Below are positions 12,288-23,721 of a stretch of 50,468 bases of DNA, piece after piece. Under the pieces are notes generated by a model. That model was not told the origin of the DNA. It saw only the letters and a list, made by a program, of their open reading frames with translations, and did no database searches. The position numbers and the translations under genes were made by a program. The number at the start of each line of letters is the position of its first letter. The first letter of the stretch is position 1. The DNA is from Octopus sinensis (Eukaryota): contig NW_021826258.1 in assembly GCF_006345805.1 (NCBI RefSeq), positions 1-50,468 on the forward strand. The letters run 5' to 3'.

Positions 12288-13442
12288 CATTATTATTATT
12301 ATTATAAATAATATCATCATCATCATCACCATCATCATCATCATCTCGGATACACCAAAAATAATGGCGGGTCCATCAGACGTCTTGGCGTTTTATATAC
12401 GTGTGTGTGTGCGTATGTATATATGTATGTATGTATGCAAATGTATACGTATATGTATACATATACATATATGTTATATGTATGTGTGAGCTCGACGCGC
12501 GACTGTGTGTGTGTGTGGTGTGTGTGTGTGTCTTCTCGCTTGTGTGTTTAGTGGCGTCTTTGTGTGTGTAAGGGTGAAGGGGTGAATGTAGATAGTTTAA
12601 GCAAAGTTTACAAATTCTCCCACTTGGACTCATTAGTATAATTCAAAATGCAATGCAAGCGTTGGCAACTAGAGTTAATTGACATGCCTAAGGGTAGAAA
12701 AATACACAAATAAAATTAAATGCTTTCTTTTCCCCCACCACCACTACCGCATTCTCTCCAACGTATACTAAGCGCTCGGCTCCACCCGGCCTTAACCCAA
12801 AGAACCCCGACACCGTTTAACGGCGACGGCATATAACAATGCCTGCGTATTTAATCAAAAAAGAAGTCTTCAAACTCAACTCAAACATCCGATTAAATTA
12901 TTTTTCATGATTATTGCAAATATCATGTGGACAGGCTAATTCCTGTCGCTAATAGCTGGAGAAACTATAACGGCTCTTTCTCTCTCTAATTTATGCCGGA
13001 CTGGAGAAAGAGATGGAGGAGGAGGAGGAATGAGGGGGGGGAGGAGAAGGAGGAGGAGGGGTGGAGGAGGAGGGGGAGGAGGGTGTTGACTATGTTTGTG
13101 AGGCAAAAACAGAAAAAGACGCCAAAAAAATCATTATCATATATATATATATAATATATAATTCAACAATTGAGGGGCAAATTAATTAATTATTAATCAA
13201 TTTCACCAATTGTCAGTATGCAAAGGGACCATTCAAGGCGAATTCAATTATTACATTATATAAAAGGGCTTAGTAAAATAAATTACTTTGCCGCATACTG
13301 AACTCATTAGAAATAGCAGCTAAAAAACTTTTTTAAAGCTATTTCTAATACTTAAGAAAATCTCTCTCATATATAGTGTTTGCTTAATTCAACTCACAAA
13401 AGTTTGGGGGTAAGGACATCGAAAAATCAAATGCTAAGGTTA

Positions 13443-13499
13443 TTCGAGAACGTACGTTTCAAGATTAGTCACCAACACTTCTATCATCAGCCCTCAGAA
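13443..13499 (-). ncRNA. Type I hammerhead ribozyme motif, copy 1 (stem I has an extra CC)
   Basis: Minus strand reads CUGAUGA...GAAA-CGUACG-UU-CUCGAA. Confidence 0.55.
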
Positions 13500-13989
13500 A
13501 TTCCTTGGTTGGGATTTGGAAACACTGAAAAATAAACATACCTTTTCGAAGATCTGCTCCCCACTAACAGTGCCAACAAATTCAAATAAGCAAGCGAAGA
13601 ATTCTGTTCTCCCCTCCCTCCCCTTTCCACCAGCGTGGGTTAAAATCATCAAACACTATGCTTATTTCGGTAAAATCCGAAGCATTAATCAAGAGGGAGA
13701 TTATTATCATTCACAATTGAGGGCAAAATTAATTAATTATTAATCAATTTCACCAAGTGTTCAGTATGCAAAGGGACCATTCAAGGCGAATTCAAAATTT
13801 TACATTATATAAAAGGCTTAGTAAAATAAATTACTTTGCCGCATACTGAACTCATTAGAAATAGCAGCTAAAAAACTTTTTTAAAGCTATTTCTAATACT
13901 TAAGAAAATCTCTCTCATATATAGTGTTTGCTTAATTCAACTCACAAAAGTTTGGGGGTAAGGACATCGAAAAATCAAATGCTAAGTTA

Positions 13990-14046
13990 TTCGAGAACGT
14001 ACGTTTCAAGATTAGTCAAAACAACACTTCTATCATCAGCTCAGAA
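13990..14046 (-). ncRNA. Type I hammerhead ribozyme motif, copy 2
   Basis: UUC(U)GAG-CUGAUGA-stem II-GAAA-CGUACG-UU-CUCGAA. Confidence 0.7.
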
Positions 14047-14539
14047 ATTCTTCCTTGGTTTGGATTTGGAAACACTGAAAATAAGAACATACCTTTTCGA
14101 AGATCTGCTCCCAACTAACAGTGCCAACAAATTCAAATAAGCAAGCGAAGAATCTCTGTTCTCCCCTTTCCACCAGCGTGGGTTAAAATCATCAAACACT
14201 ATGCTTATTTCGGTAAAATCCGAAGCATTAATCAGAGGGAGATTAATTATAATTTCAACAATTGAGGGCAAAATTAATTAATTATTAATCAATTTCACCA
14301 AGTGTTCAGTATGCAAAGGGACCATTCAAGGCGAATTCAAATTATTACATTATATAAAAGGGCTTAGTAAAAAAATTACTTTGCCGCATACTGAACTCAT
14401 TAGAAATAGCAGCTAAAAAACTTTTTTAAAGCTATTTCTAATACTTAAGAAAATCTCTCTCATATATAGTGTTTTGCTTAATTCAACTCACAAAAAAGTT
14501 TGGGGGTAAGGACAATCGAAAAATCAAATGCTAAGGTTA

Positions 14540-14596
14540 TTCGAGAACGTACGTTTCAAGATTAGTCAAAACAACACTTCTATCATCAGCTCAGAA
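14540..14596 (-). ncRNA. Type I hammerhead ribozyme motif, copy 3
   Basis: Same sequence as copy 2. Confidence 0.7.
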
Positions 14597-14842
14597 TTCC
14601 TTGGTTTGGATTTGAAGAAACACTGAAAATAAGAACATACCTTTTCGAAGATCTTCTCCAACTAACAGTGCCAACAAATTCAAATAAGCAAGCGAAGAAT
14701 CTCTGTTCTCCCCTTTCCACCAGCGTGGGTTAAAATCATCAAACACTAATGCTTATTTCGGTAAAATCCGAAGCATTAATCAGAGGGAGATTAATTATAA
14801 TTTCAACAATTGAGGGCAAAATTAATTATTATTATCATTTCA

Positions 14843-15177
14843 CTTATTTGAATTTGTTGGCACTGTTAGTTGGGAGCAGATCTTCGAAAAGGTATGTCTT
14901 ATTTTCAGTGTTTCCAAATCCAAACCAAGGAATTTCTGAGCTGATGATAGAAGTGTTGTTTTGACTAATCTTGAAACGTACGTTCTCGAATAACCTTAGC
15001 ATTTGATTTTTCGATGTCCTTACCCCCAAACTTTTGTGAGTTGAATTAAGCAAACACTATATATGAGAGAGATTCTTTAAGTATTAGAAATAGCTTTAAA
15101 AAAGTTTTTAGCTGCTATTTCTAATGATTCAGTATGCGCAAGTAATTTATTTTACTAAGCCCTTTTATATTGTAATA
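14843..15177 (+). mobile_element. Inverted partial copy of the ~546-bp unit
   Basis: Reverse complement of the unit segment attacattatataaaagggc...caaattcaaataag; ends in (TA)n. Confidence 0.9.
14934..14990 (+). ncRNA. Type I hammerhead ribozyme motif, copy 4 (sense to slit)
   Basis: CTGATGA at 14941-14947 and GAAA at 14973-14976; palindromic stem III ACGTACGT at 14976-14983; predicted cut after U14984; stem I ttc(t)gag pairs with ctcgaa. Confidence 0.7.
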
Positions 15178-15554
15178 TATATATATATATATTATTATAT
15201 ATGCTAACTACTTGATAATTTCTGATAAAAGATTTATCTATTTTTAACATTTTATATACATATATATATATATTTATATGTATATATTTATATGTATTTA
15301 TATGTATGTATTCATGTTTGTATGTGTGTATCTGTGTATGCATGTACGTGTGTGTATGTATGCATGCATGAATGTATGTATGTATATATGCATGTATGTG
15401 TATACAAAACTTAAAGAAACACTGTTCATAACCTTGCCTTTTATTTTCATAGTAACTCTTGAAAGTTTATTTGTGCTATTTGGCGGTTTGTTTGTTCGTT
15501 CATATATGGCTCCGTGTGTGTGGTGGGAAGTGTATATATGTATGCATCTATATA

Positions 15555-15757
15555 TCTATGTGTATATTTGCGTATGCCCCCTACCACCTCTTGATAATCG
15601 GTTCTGGCTTGTTTACATGACCGTAACTTAGCCATTCGACAAAAACAACTGACAAAATAAGTACCAAGCTTATTGAGTATTGGTGTTGATGTGTTCGACT
15701 AAACCCCTGAAGTCGGTGCCCCAGCATGGTCATGGTCCAATGACTGAAACAAAAGAT
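15555..15757 (+). mobile_element. Family C SINE 3' half
   Basis: Matches 25215-25400 (cgtaacttagc..ataagtac..gttcgactaaa..ccagcatgg..aatgactgaaac). Confidence 0.75.
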
Positions 15758-15876
15758 GAATAGATAGATCGATGATGACAGCAGACAGCAGACAGACAGA
15801 CAGACAGAACAGACAGATAGATAGATAGATGATAGATAGATAGATAGATAGATAGATGATAATCCATAACCACACA

Positions 15877-15939
<63 letters not shown>

Positions 15940-16724
15940 ATATCACACACACACACACAAATATTACATTAATATGTATGTATATATATGTGTGCCTACG
16001 CGCACATACACAATGCGAGCATGTCAACACACAAAACACAAAGTAATTCTAACAGTGGATACCTATAATATAAACTCATGCAGGAAAAGTTATTTTATCG
16101 TCTGCTCCTTACATTTATATGTTTCAAATATTTTTTGTGTTACAAAGTCCAAGTGTCTTTTCTTTGTTTTTTTCTTTTTTTTCTTTTCTTTTTTTTTTTT
16201 TTTCACTTCTCCATAGTCTGATAGGTTTCACGTTATTCTAAGGATTCCGCAGACAGTTTATATTTATAGGGGCCTATTTAGGACCTTTTTTTTATACTAT
16301 TATTATAATTGTTCTTATTGTTTTTCCCATCTACCTCCTTTTTTTGCTTTCCGCCATTTTCTTCGTCTTGATTTTATTAGTTTATTTCATTTCATTTATT
16401 TTATTCTATTTATTAATTTTACTATTTGTTTTTCTTTTGCTTTATTTACTTTTTTTATTTACTGTTTCTTTACGTTTTCTTCATTGCCTGCCATCTTGTC
16501 TGCCTGTTTCTATTTACTGTTTTAGAATCCTTGGTGTCTTTCACCCGTTTCGTCATGTCATTTTTCCATTCCTTTATTCTTTCTTTCTTTTATGCTTCCA
16601 TTCTTTGTGTGTTTGTCTTTCGGATTTCATGATTTCTCCGTAGAACTCTCGTAGTTGTTGTTTAGCAGGCGCATTATAAAAAATATACAGATCGTCAACA
16701 TTTTAATTTATTTTTATATATAAA

Positions 16725-16878
16725 TTTACTTGCTTCAGTCATTAGACTGTGGCCAAGCTGTGGCACCACTTTGAAGGTTTTAGTCGAAGAAATCAACCCC
16801 AGTACTTATTTTAACAGCCTCTCTATCAGTAAACAAACCAACACCAGTTGCCAAGCGGTGGTAGGGAACAGACACAAA
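16725..16878 (-). mobile_element. Family C SINE 3' fragment
   Basis: Reverse complement of the family C tail. Confidence 0.65.
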
Positions 16879-17042
16879 GCCACACATTCACACACATCCA
16901 CATATACACATACACACTCAAACATGCATTTACATACATATATATATATAATAATATATATACACACATATATAATAATATATATATATATATATACACA
17001 CATACATACATATATATATATATATGTATGTATGTATGTATA

Positions 17043-17078
<36 letters not shown>

Positions 17079-17116
17079 TATATGTATGTATGTATATATT
17101 TATGTAAGTATGTATG

Positions 17117-17460
17117 GGTACAGGGCGTCACCAACAGTGCAAACAACATGAAATACGCAAACAAATTAGTTAAATACGTAAACAACGAGAAAAGGTGGAA
17201 AATAGGATAAAATGGAAGAAAGTAGACACAGAGAAAGGACTCTTCTTCATCGGTTATCGAGCATTCAACGACAATATGAGTCTTCAAAGACAGTTACTCA
17301 CATAAATTCTAAAATAAAATTTAGGTTTTATGGAGGGCCAAAGTTGGGTGCAAAAACATGACAGTGGACACATACAAGGAAACCGAACGAAAACAAACAT
17401 GGGGAGTCGTTAGACCAGAACGAGGGGGAAAAGTGAATGCTGAGAGAAACATTTTTTTTT
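17117..17460. mobile_element. Unclassified interspersed repeat related to 21010-21200
   Basis: Both begin ggg(t/c)(a/g)cagg(g/a)cgtcac..aaacaac..aaatacg directly after a TA/TG tract and contain cttcatc(a/g)gtt..tcgagcatt. Confidence 0.5.
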
Positions 17461-17959
17461 AAAAGAGAAAAAATAGAAGAGAGAGAGAAAAAAACATGTC
17501 CGTTCTTTTGAACGTCCCTGCAAGAAAAGAAAGATGGGTACGCGAGGAAAAGAAAAATGAACAATGGTCACGTATGAGCAACGAAAGAGAGGGAGATGGA
17601 GAGAGAAAGAGAGAGAGGGACAGATACAGAGAGACGTACAGAAATTTCGGGTGTGACATTATCCGGACAATCCTCAAACAGGTATTTGGAACTCACTATT
17701 AAACTTCGGTCTTCTTGTTCATTGGACATCAATCAGTTCGTGATTGAACCATTAATTTTTGCACATGTTGCACTCGTACATATGCGCAGGGCTGGGCAAG
17801 ATGTTTCGAGGAAGACTGACTGTTACCCATGTTTACAACCCTCCTCTCTTCACATCACCGATGTAAAAACCGCCGACTTCAGGTAAAACACCTGGCATCG
17901 GTGTCATTGTAGATGTTGCTGTCAAAAAGCACAGAGCTTGAACAAACGATAAGAGTAAT

Positions 17960-18236
17960 CTTGTCGTAGTCCGATAAAGACGATTCAACCTTCACAAATG
18001 ATTTGTTTCTTGTGACCAAATGTATGTTCTGTGCATTAGCCCACTCCCTCCATCAAATCGACGTTGCCTGAACAGGTACACGGTGTATCACACGTCAGGT
18101 GTTGAAGTGATGACAGAGCAACGTGAGATGAAGTGTTTTGCTCAGAATGCAACGCACCACCCGATCCAGGGAACTCAACCCGTGATCTTGTGATCGTGAA
18201 TGCAACACCTTAAATACTAGGCCATGCGCCCTCACA
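17960..18236 (-). mobile_element. tRNA-derived SINE (head B, different tail)
   Basis: Ends in tactaggccatgcgccctcac and contains gagcaacgtgagatgaagtgttttgctca, as at 42600-42723. Confidence 0.7.
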
Positions 18237-18254
18237 CGCTAGAACAAATACCGC

Positions 18255-18424
18255 AATGTTAATCAACCATTGTGGATTACCTTTTATTATATATGACCCA
18301 GAAACGACGACAGAAAAGCAAAGCTGACCTCTGTGAGATTTGAACTCAGAGAGCAGAGAAGCTGGAAAAAATGCTGCAAAGCATTTTATCCAACGCTTTA
18401 ACGACTCTGCCGATTCGCCGCCTT
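18255..18424 (-). mobile_element. Family M SINE, decayed
   Basis: Reverse complement of the M head and domain (ends ctctgccgattcgccgcctt). Confidence 0.7.
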
Positions 18425-18439
18425 TAAAACCTAATTATG

Positions 18440-19890
18440 AATAACAAAAAATATTCCAACACTATCACCACCGCCATTACTTCGACAACATCACTCCTAA
18501 CCGCTACCTCACTATTACTACTCCTACTAACATCATCAGCATCACTACCACCATCACATCAACATCAATACCAACAACAGCAACAGCAACAACAACACTA
18601 CCCCTATTACCACCGCACTTACGACAAGCAACGCTACCATATCTACCTCCGCCAATACCCTCAAAACAGTTGTCCCTTTTTTTTTCCATTTCAATTATTT
18701 TGTATGGGGTGTGGTATTTTGTAGAGGGCTGCTACCTCGTTTTTTTTTAGGGTAAACAAAAAAAATAGTGGTGGATGAAGTTTGTTTGTGGTGGAGTTGA
18801 CGGGTTTAATGGTAGTAGTTGTAATGGTAGTGGATGGAGGGGGATGGGGTGAGGATGCTGGTGGTGGTGTAAGTGGTAGGGTTTTTTGTCACAGTTGTAG
18901 TGGAAGATGGAAATGGTGGTTGGAATGGAAATTGTGGCGGTGGTGGTAGTAGTGGTGGTGGTGGCGGGTGGAGTATGAATGGTAGTTGTGGAGGTAGTGG
19001 GTGGAGCAGAAGGAGTACAAGTGATAGTTATAGTGGTGGTGGTGGTGGTACTAATGGTAGTGATGGTGATGGTGGCGGTGGTGGTGGTGACGACGATAGA
19101 TGCATGAATGGTTGTAGTGGTAGTGGTGTGGTAGTGAGGGTGGCTGCAGTGGTGGTGGTGAGAACGATATAAATCGTGTGTGGCTGTGGCAGTGGTAATT
19201 AAAGTGATTGTAATGATGGTGGGGATAGTGGCGGGGTGGGGTGGGGAATAAGTGGTAGAGGTGCTGCTGGCTGGTGGTTGCGATGATAGTGAAGAAAGGA
19301 GACTTTAGTGGTGTGTCTGTGTTTGGTTCTGTTGGAGCTTACGGCGGCGATGGTGGTGGTGGTGGTGGTGGCAGTGGTAGTGGTGGCAGTGGTAGTGATG
19401 GTTGCAATGGTAGTGGCGGTGGTGGTAGTGGTGGTGGTGGTGGTTGTAGTGGTATTGGTAGTAGTATTGGTATTGGTGCCAGTGTATGGCGTATAGTGTA
19501 CCCCTTTGGGGGTACGGTGGATGGCAGAAAGAAGCGTTATGAGTACGTGATGATGGTCGTAGTGGTAGATGAAGTAGCAGCGGTGATGATGATGATGATG
19601 GTAATGGTGCTCCTGCCGGTGGCGGTGACCGCGGCGGTGGAGCTGGATGTTAATGGCGGTGACAGCGAATGTGTGTTGGTAGCTAAAACAAGTTCTCCTG
19701 GCGCCAACCAACCCATGATCTTATCGTCGTCCATGTTTCTCGTTTTCTCTTTTGTTTTTTGATGACGTAGTCGCCTTTCATTTTTGTCTTCGTTTCTTAG
19801 TCCTCCACCTCCACCTCCTCCTCATCTTCATCATCATCATCATCATCATTATTATCATCTTTGTCATCGTCGTCCATCTTCTTCTTTCTT

Positions 19891-19948
<58 letters not shown>

Positions 19949-20265
19949 GCTGCTGTTTCATCCGTTTCTTCTTCTTCGTGTCCTTGTTCTTGTTCTTGGC
20001 ATTTTTTTTGTTTTTGTTTTGTTTTGTTTTGTCTTTCTTTTTCTTTTCTTTTCCTTTGTTGTTGCTTCTGTCTTTGTTATCATTTCTGCTTTGAATCTTG
20101 TCGTTTCTATTTTCTCATTTACATTGTATGCGTGTGCGCGTGCGTGTGTGCGTGCATGTGTGCATGTGTGTGTACGCATGCGTATGTGTGTTGTGTGTAC
20201 GCGTGCGTATGTGTGTGTGTATGTGTTGCGCATGTATATATAAATATATGTATATATGAATATAT

Positions 20266-20315
<50 letters not shown>

Positions 20316-20400
20316 ATATGTATGTGTATGTATGTATGTACGTATGTGTATGTATGTATGTACGTATGTGTATGTATGTACGTATGTATGTATACATGTG
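18440..20400. repeat. Low-complexity trinucleotide (GGT/GAT/CAT/TAC) and dinucleotide block
   Basis: Read directly from the sequence. Confidence 0.9.
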
Positions 20401-20727
20401 CGCATGTATTTGGGCGTACATGTGTGTGATTTATAATTGACTCCAAAGCTGGTAATGTCGTTTACTCTGAGTTTCACCAAATGTCTACACATAAAATTCC
20501 TGTTAGAATCATCACTGCTACACCATAGGATCATCAGACGATTACAAAACACACGTGTAGTCATTTAAGTGGCCATTTTCGAAGTATTTGTTTTCCTGTC
20601 CTTACGAAACATAGTTGTATAAGGAGGGGATAATTTACTCCTACAATTATCGGTTGTTTCCCTTGGAAGGTGGGTCATAAAGTAATATATCTATATATAT
20701 AGCTATATATATATATATATATATATA

Positions 20728-20914
20728 GTCACCATGATAGATCGTTAGCCACTACACACATTTTTTCTCTCCCTGTTTTTTCTGTGTCCCTTTCTGCAGA
20801 AGATCGTAGGCTCGAAACGTAAAAGACTTTTTCTATTCCTGAGCGTTATACTAATAGATCTGTTTGTTTTGTACACCACCTGTCTTAGTCTTTTGTGTTT
20901 TCGTAAACTCTCCC
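20728..20914 (+). mobile_element. Short element between (TA)n tracts carrying a variant minimal hammerhead-like motif (20790-20825)
   Basis: cttt-CTGCAGA-a-gatc-gtag-gctc-GAAA-cg-ta-aaag; same family as 21630-21830 (-) and related to 49290-49505 (-). Confidence 0.55.
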
Positions 20915-21199
20915 TATATATATATATATATATAAATAATATATATATATGCATATATACATACGTATATGTACATACTTACATATATACGTATATACAT
21001 ATGCATATGTGGGCGCAGGACGTCACAGAACGTAAACAACAAAAAATACGAAAACATGAAATACGAAATACGAATACATGGAATATGACCTTATTTTGCG
21101 AACAACGAAAGAAGCAAATGGAAAACAAGTCAAGCAACATAAATAACGATCCTTCATCAGTTGCCGGCTGTTTTTCTAATCCGTATTTCGAGCATTAGA

Positions 21200-21543
21200 A
21201 AAACAGCGGGCAACTATGCAAAAATCAAAATAGCCCTGACATCGCATTTTAACATAAAAATATCTTGAAATACTAAAGAGTAAATTTATTCAATAAAATC
21301 GCCATTGCTTCAACCACGGCCTCCAGACGACTTCGGAATCTTCTGCAATACTTCTGGAAGGTCTCCTTGTTTAAGTTGATGAATGCTGCCATAATCCTTG
21401 CCTTCAGTTCATCTTTGGTGTTACAAGGAGTTTTGTTGGTCTCTCGTTCAACTGCGCCCCACACATAATAATTAAGGGGTTTACAGCCTGGGGAGTTATT
21501 TGGCCAGAGGTTAGAGGCCATGTGGTCACCCATCGCACCCTAC
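21200..21543 (-). mobile_element. DD37D/maT transposon 3' fragment
   Basis: ORF 21273-21533 contains WPNNSPGCKPLNYYVWGAVERETNK...RSRLEAVVEA; DNA matches 33910-34205. Confidence 0.85.
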
Positions 21544-21629
21544 ATGTATATATATATATATTATATATATATATATACCATTGCATCCTGTATATATTGT
21601 ATATATATTTATTTATTTATTAAAAATAT

Positions 21630-21830
21630 TTTGTTCAAGAATATACAAAATGTATACAAAAAACAGTAACAGGTGGTGAAAACACAACAGAAACAGTGGT
21701 GGGGATAGTTTAAAGCTTAAGAAGAATGGAAGTTCTTAACGTTTCGAGCCGATGTTCTTCTACAAAAATCAATGAGGAGAGAAAAAACGGAAAGAAAAAA
21801 ACGTGTCTTAATTAACGGTACTGCTAGTGA
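21630..21830 (-). mobile_element. Short element with a decayed minimal hammerhead-like motif (21734-21768)
   Basis: Minus strand ttt-TTGTAGA-a-gaac-atcg-gctc-GAAA-cg-tt-aaga; reverse-oriented relative of 20728-20914. Confidence 0.45.
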
Positions 21831-21898
21831 TACATACATACATACATACATACATACATACATACATACATACATACATACATACATACATGCATGCA

Positions 21899-21932
<34 letters not shown>

Positions 21933-22947
21933 CATACATATATACATATATACATACATAAATACATTCATACATACATACATACATAAATACATTCATA
22001 CATATATCCATACATACATACATACATACATGCATATACACACACACACACATACATACATACATATATACATGCAAGCATGCATACATACATACATACA
22101 TATATGTGTGTGTGTATGTGTGTGTGTGTGTGTATGTGTGTGTGTGTGTATATATGTGTGTGTGTGTGTGTGCGTGTGTGTGTAGAATGTACTTGCAAAT
22201 GGAAGGTTGCGGAAAGCATCTTAAGGAATTAATTCAGATATATACAAAGTAGTATTCAAAGCTCCGATTGAGTGTGTGTGTTCTTAAAATGCAAAAGATG
22301 ATAAAGGGATTTGCTATACGAAAATGTCGGTTGGAAACAAGATAACAGACCACAATGAATGGGGATGATATTTCTAGCAGCACACGTTTAATGCAGTTGA
22401 GAAATGGCTTTCTAAAACTTCAACAGAAATTTGTCAAAGCAGTGTAGAGTTTGATGTTAAGAAATTTAAAACTACTACTAATAAAATGCTTTTATGTTCT
22501 GTGATAAGAAGACATATGCCCCAAATGAAATAGATAATACCGAACATAAACGGTTACTTAACGAGAACATCACTAAAAGCTAAAGATATACATACACACA
22601 CACATATAACAACATTACACTGAAGCGAAAGCTCATGCCCATAAAATTAAATTAGACAACAGATAAGCGAGAGTTGTACGTACCTAACTCTCAAGGACCA
22701 CAAAGAAAATTTTTTACCGCTAACCCCCAAGTACAGCTTAATTAAGTCCATGTAAAGCGAGAGATAGGTCTAATCAGCAAATTTATTAGCTGAGAATATA
22801 TGTTACTCGGAGCTGCTAGAGTTTCGTGTTGAGACACGTACTTCGGCACATAATATGCATCATCCTCATCGTCATCATCAGCAGCAGCAACAGTAGCATC
22901 ACCATCATCATCATTATCATCATAGTCATCATCACCATCATCATCAT

Positions 22948-22998
<51 letters not shown>

Positions 22999-23401
22999 TA
23001 TCATCATCATTGTCGTCGTCGTTCTCCATGTCACATAGTCACAACTACATGTATATACTATATATTCATATAGTATATATACTATATATACATATACATA
23101 TATATTATATATATATTTGTGTGTGTCTGAGTATGCATATACTACTACTACTTCTACTACTACCACTACTACTACTACTACTACACCTACTAAACCGTTT
23201 TTATCTATACGCCCATCTAGCTCTACGTTTTAAATTAGTTATGTGTCAGGCTCCAGTGTCTGTCCCTTGTCTCTCTCTCCCTACTGCTCTCTCTCTCTCT
23301 TCTCCTCTTTCTCTCTCTCTCCTCCCCTCACTGGTCATAAAATGTCTATAACTCTTTTGCTTCTTGTCTTGCCCTCTTGCTTTCTATTTATCTTTCTATA
23401 A

Positions 23402-23457
<56 letters not shown>

Positions 23458-23458
<1 letters not shown>

Positions 23459-23665
23459 GGTAGTGAGCTGACAGAATCGTTGGCAACCCGGGCAAAATGC
23501 TTAGCGGTATTTCGTCAGTCTGAATTCAAATTCTGCCGAGGATGACTTTGCCTTTCATCCTTTCGAGATCGATAAATTAAGTGCCAGCGAAACACTGAAG
23601 AGATGTAACCGACTAGTCGCCTTTCCCCAAATTTCAGGCCTTGTGCCTATAGTAGGAAGGATTAT
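23458..23665 (+). mobile_element. Family M SINE inside (ATT)n
   Basis: Head aggtagtgagctgacagaatcgtt, M domain, tail gaaggattatt; (ATT)n on both sides. Confidence 0.85.
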
Positions 23666-23682
23666 TATTTTATTATTATTAT

Positions 23683-23721
<39 letters not shown>

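Larger units (their letters stand above)
13161..14843 (-). mobile_element. Tandem array of ~546-bp hammerhead-bearing units (3 full plus a partial fourth), Penelope pLTR/retrozyme-like
   Basis: Anchor caattgaggg at 13167, 13714, 14259 and 14807 (periods 547/545/548); units differ mostly by 1-2 bp indels; the array begins at a (TA)n tract. Confidence 0.85.

Noticed and set aside
13161-14843. CRISPR array, or protein-coding repeat (ORFs 13516, 13928, 14041, 14749, 14844)
   Set aside because: Units are whole-length duplicates without unique spacers; the ORFs are short, broken by indels between copies and unrecognisable.
13161-15177. Sequence differences between units as biological divergence
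   Set aside because: They are mostly 1-2 bp homopolymer indels, typical of long-read consensus error, so copy-level differences are not interpreted.
16160-16270. Strong polypyrimidine tract plus TAG as a slit exon acceptor
   Set aside because: No LRR-like frame and no donor 72 bp downstream.
18873-19762. Gly/Val-rich ORFs resembling structural proteins
   Set aside because: Degenerate (GGT)n low-complexity DNA open in several frames, with no splice or homology support.
20490-20542. Minus-strand CUGAUGA followed by a stem
   Set aside because: No GAAA at the required position.
22180-22850. Possible Penelope RT remnant (NAVEKWLSK...VEFDVKKF) and a degenerate hammerhead at 22812-22850 (-)
   Set aside because: The similarity is too weak to support by eye, and the hammerhead 5' core and U16.1 are both altered.
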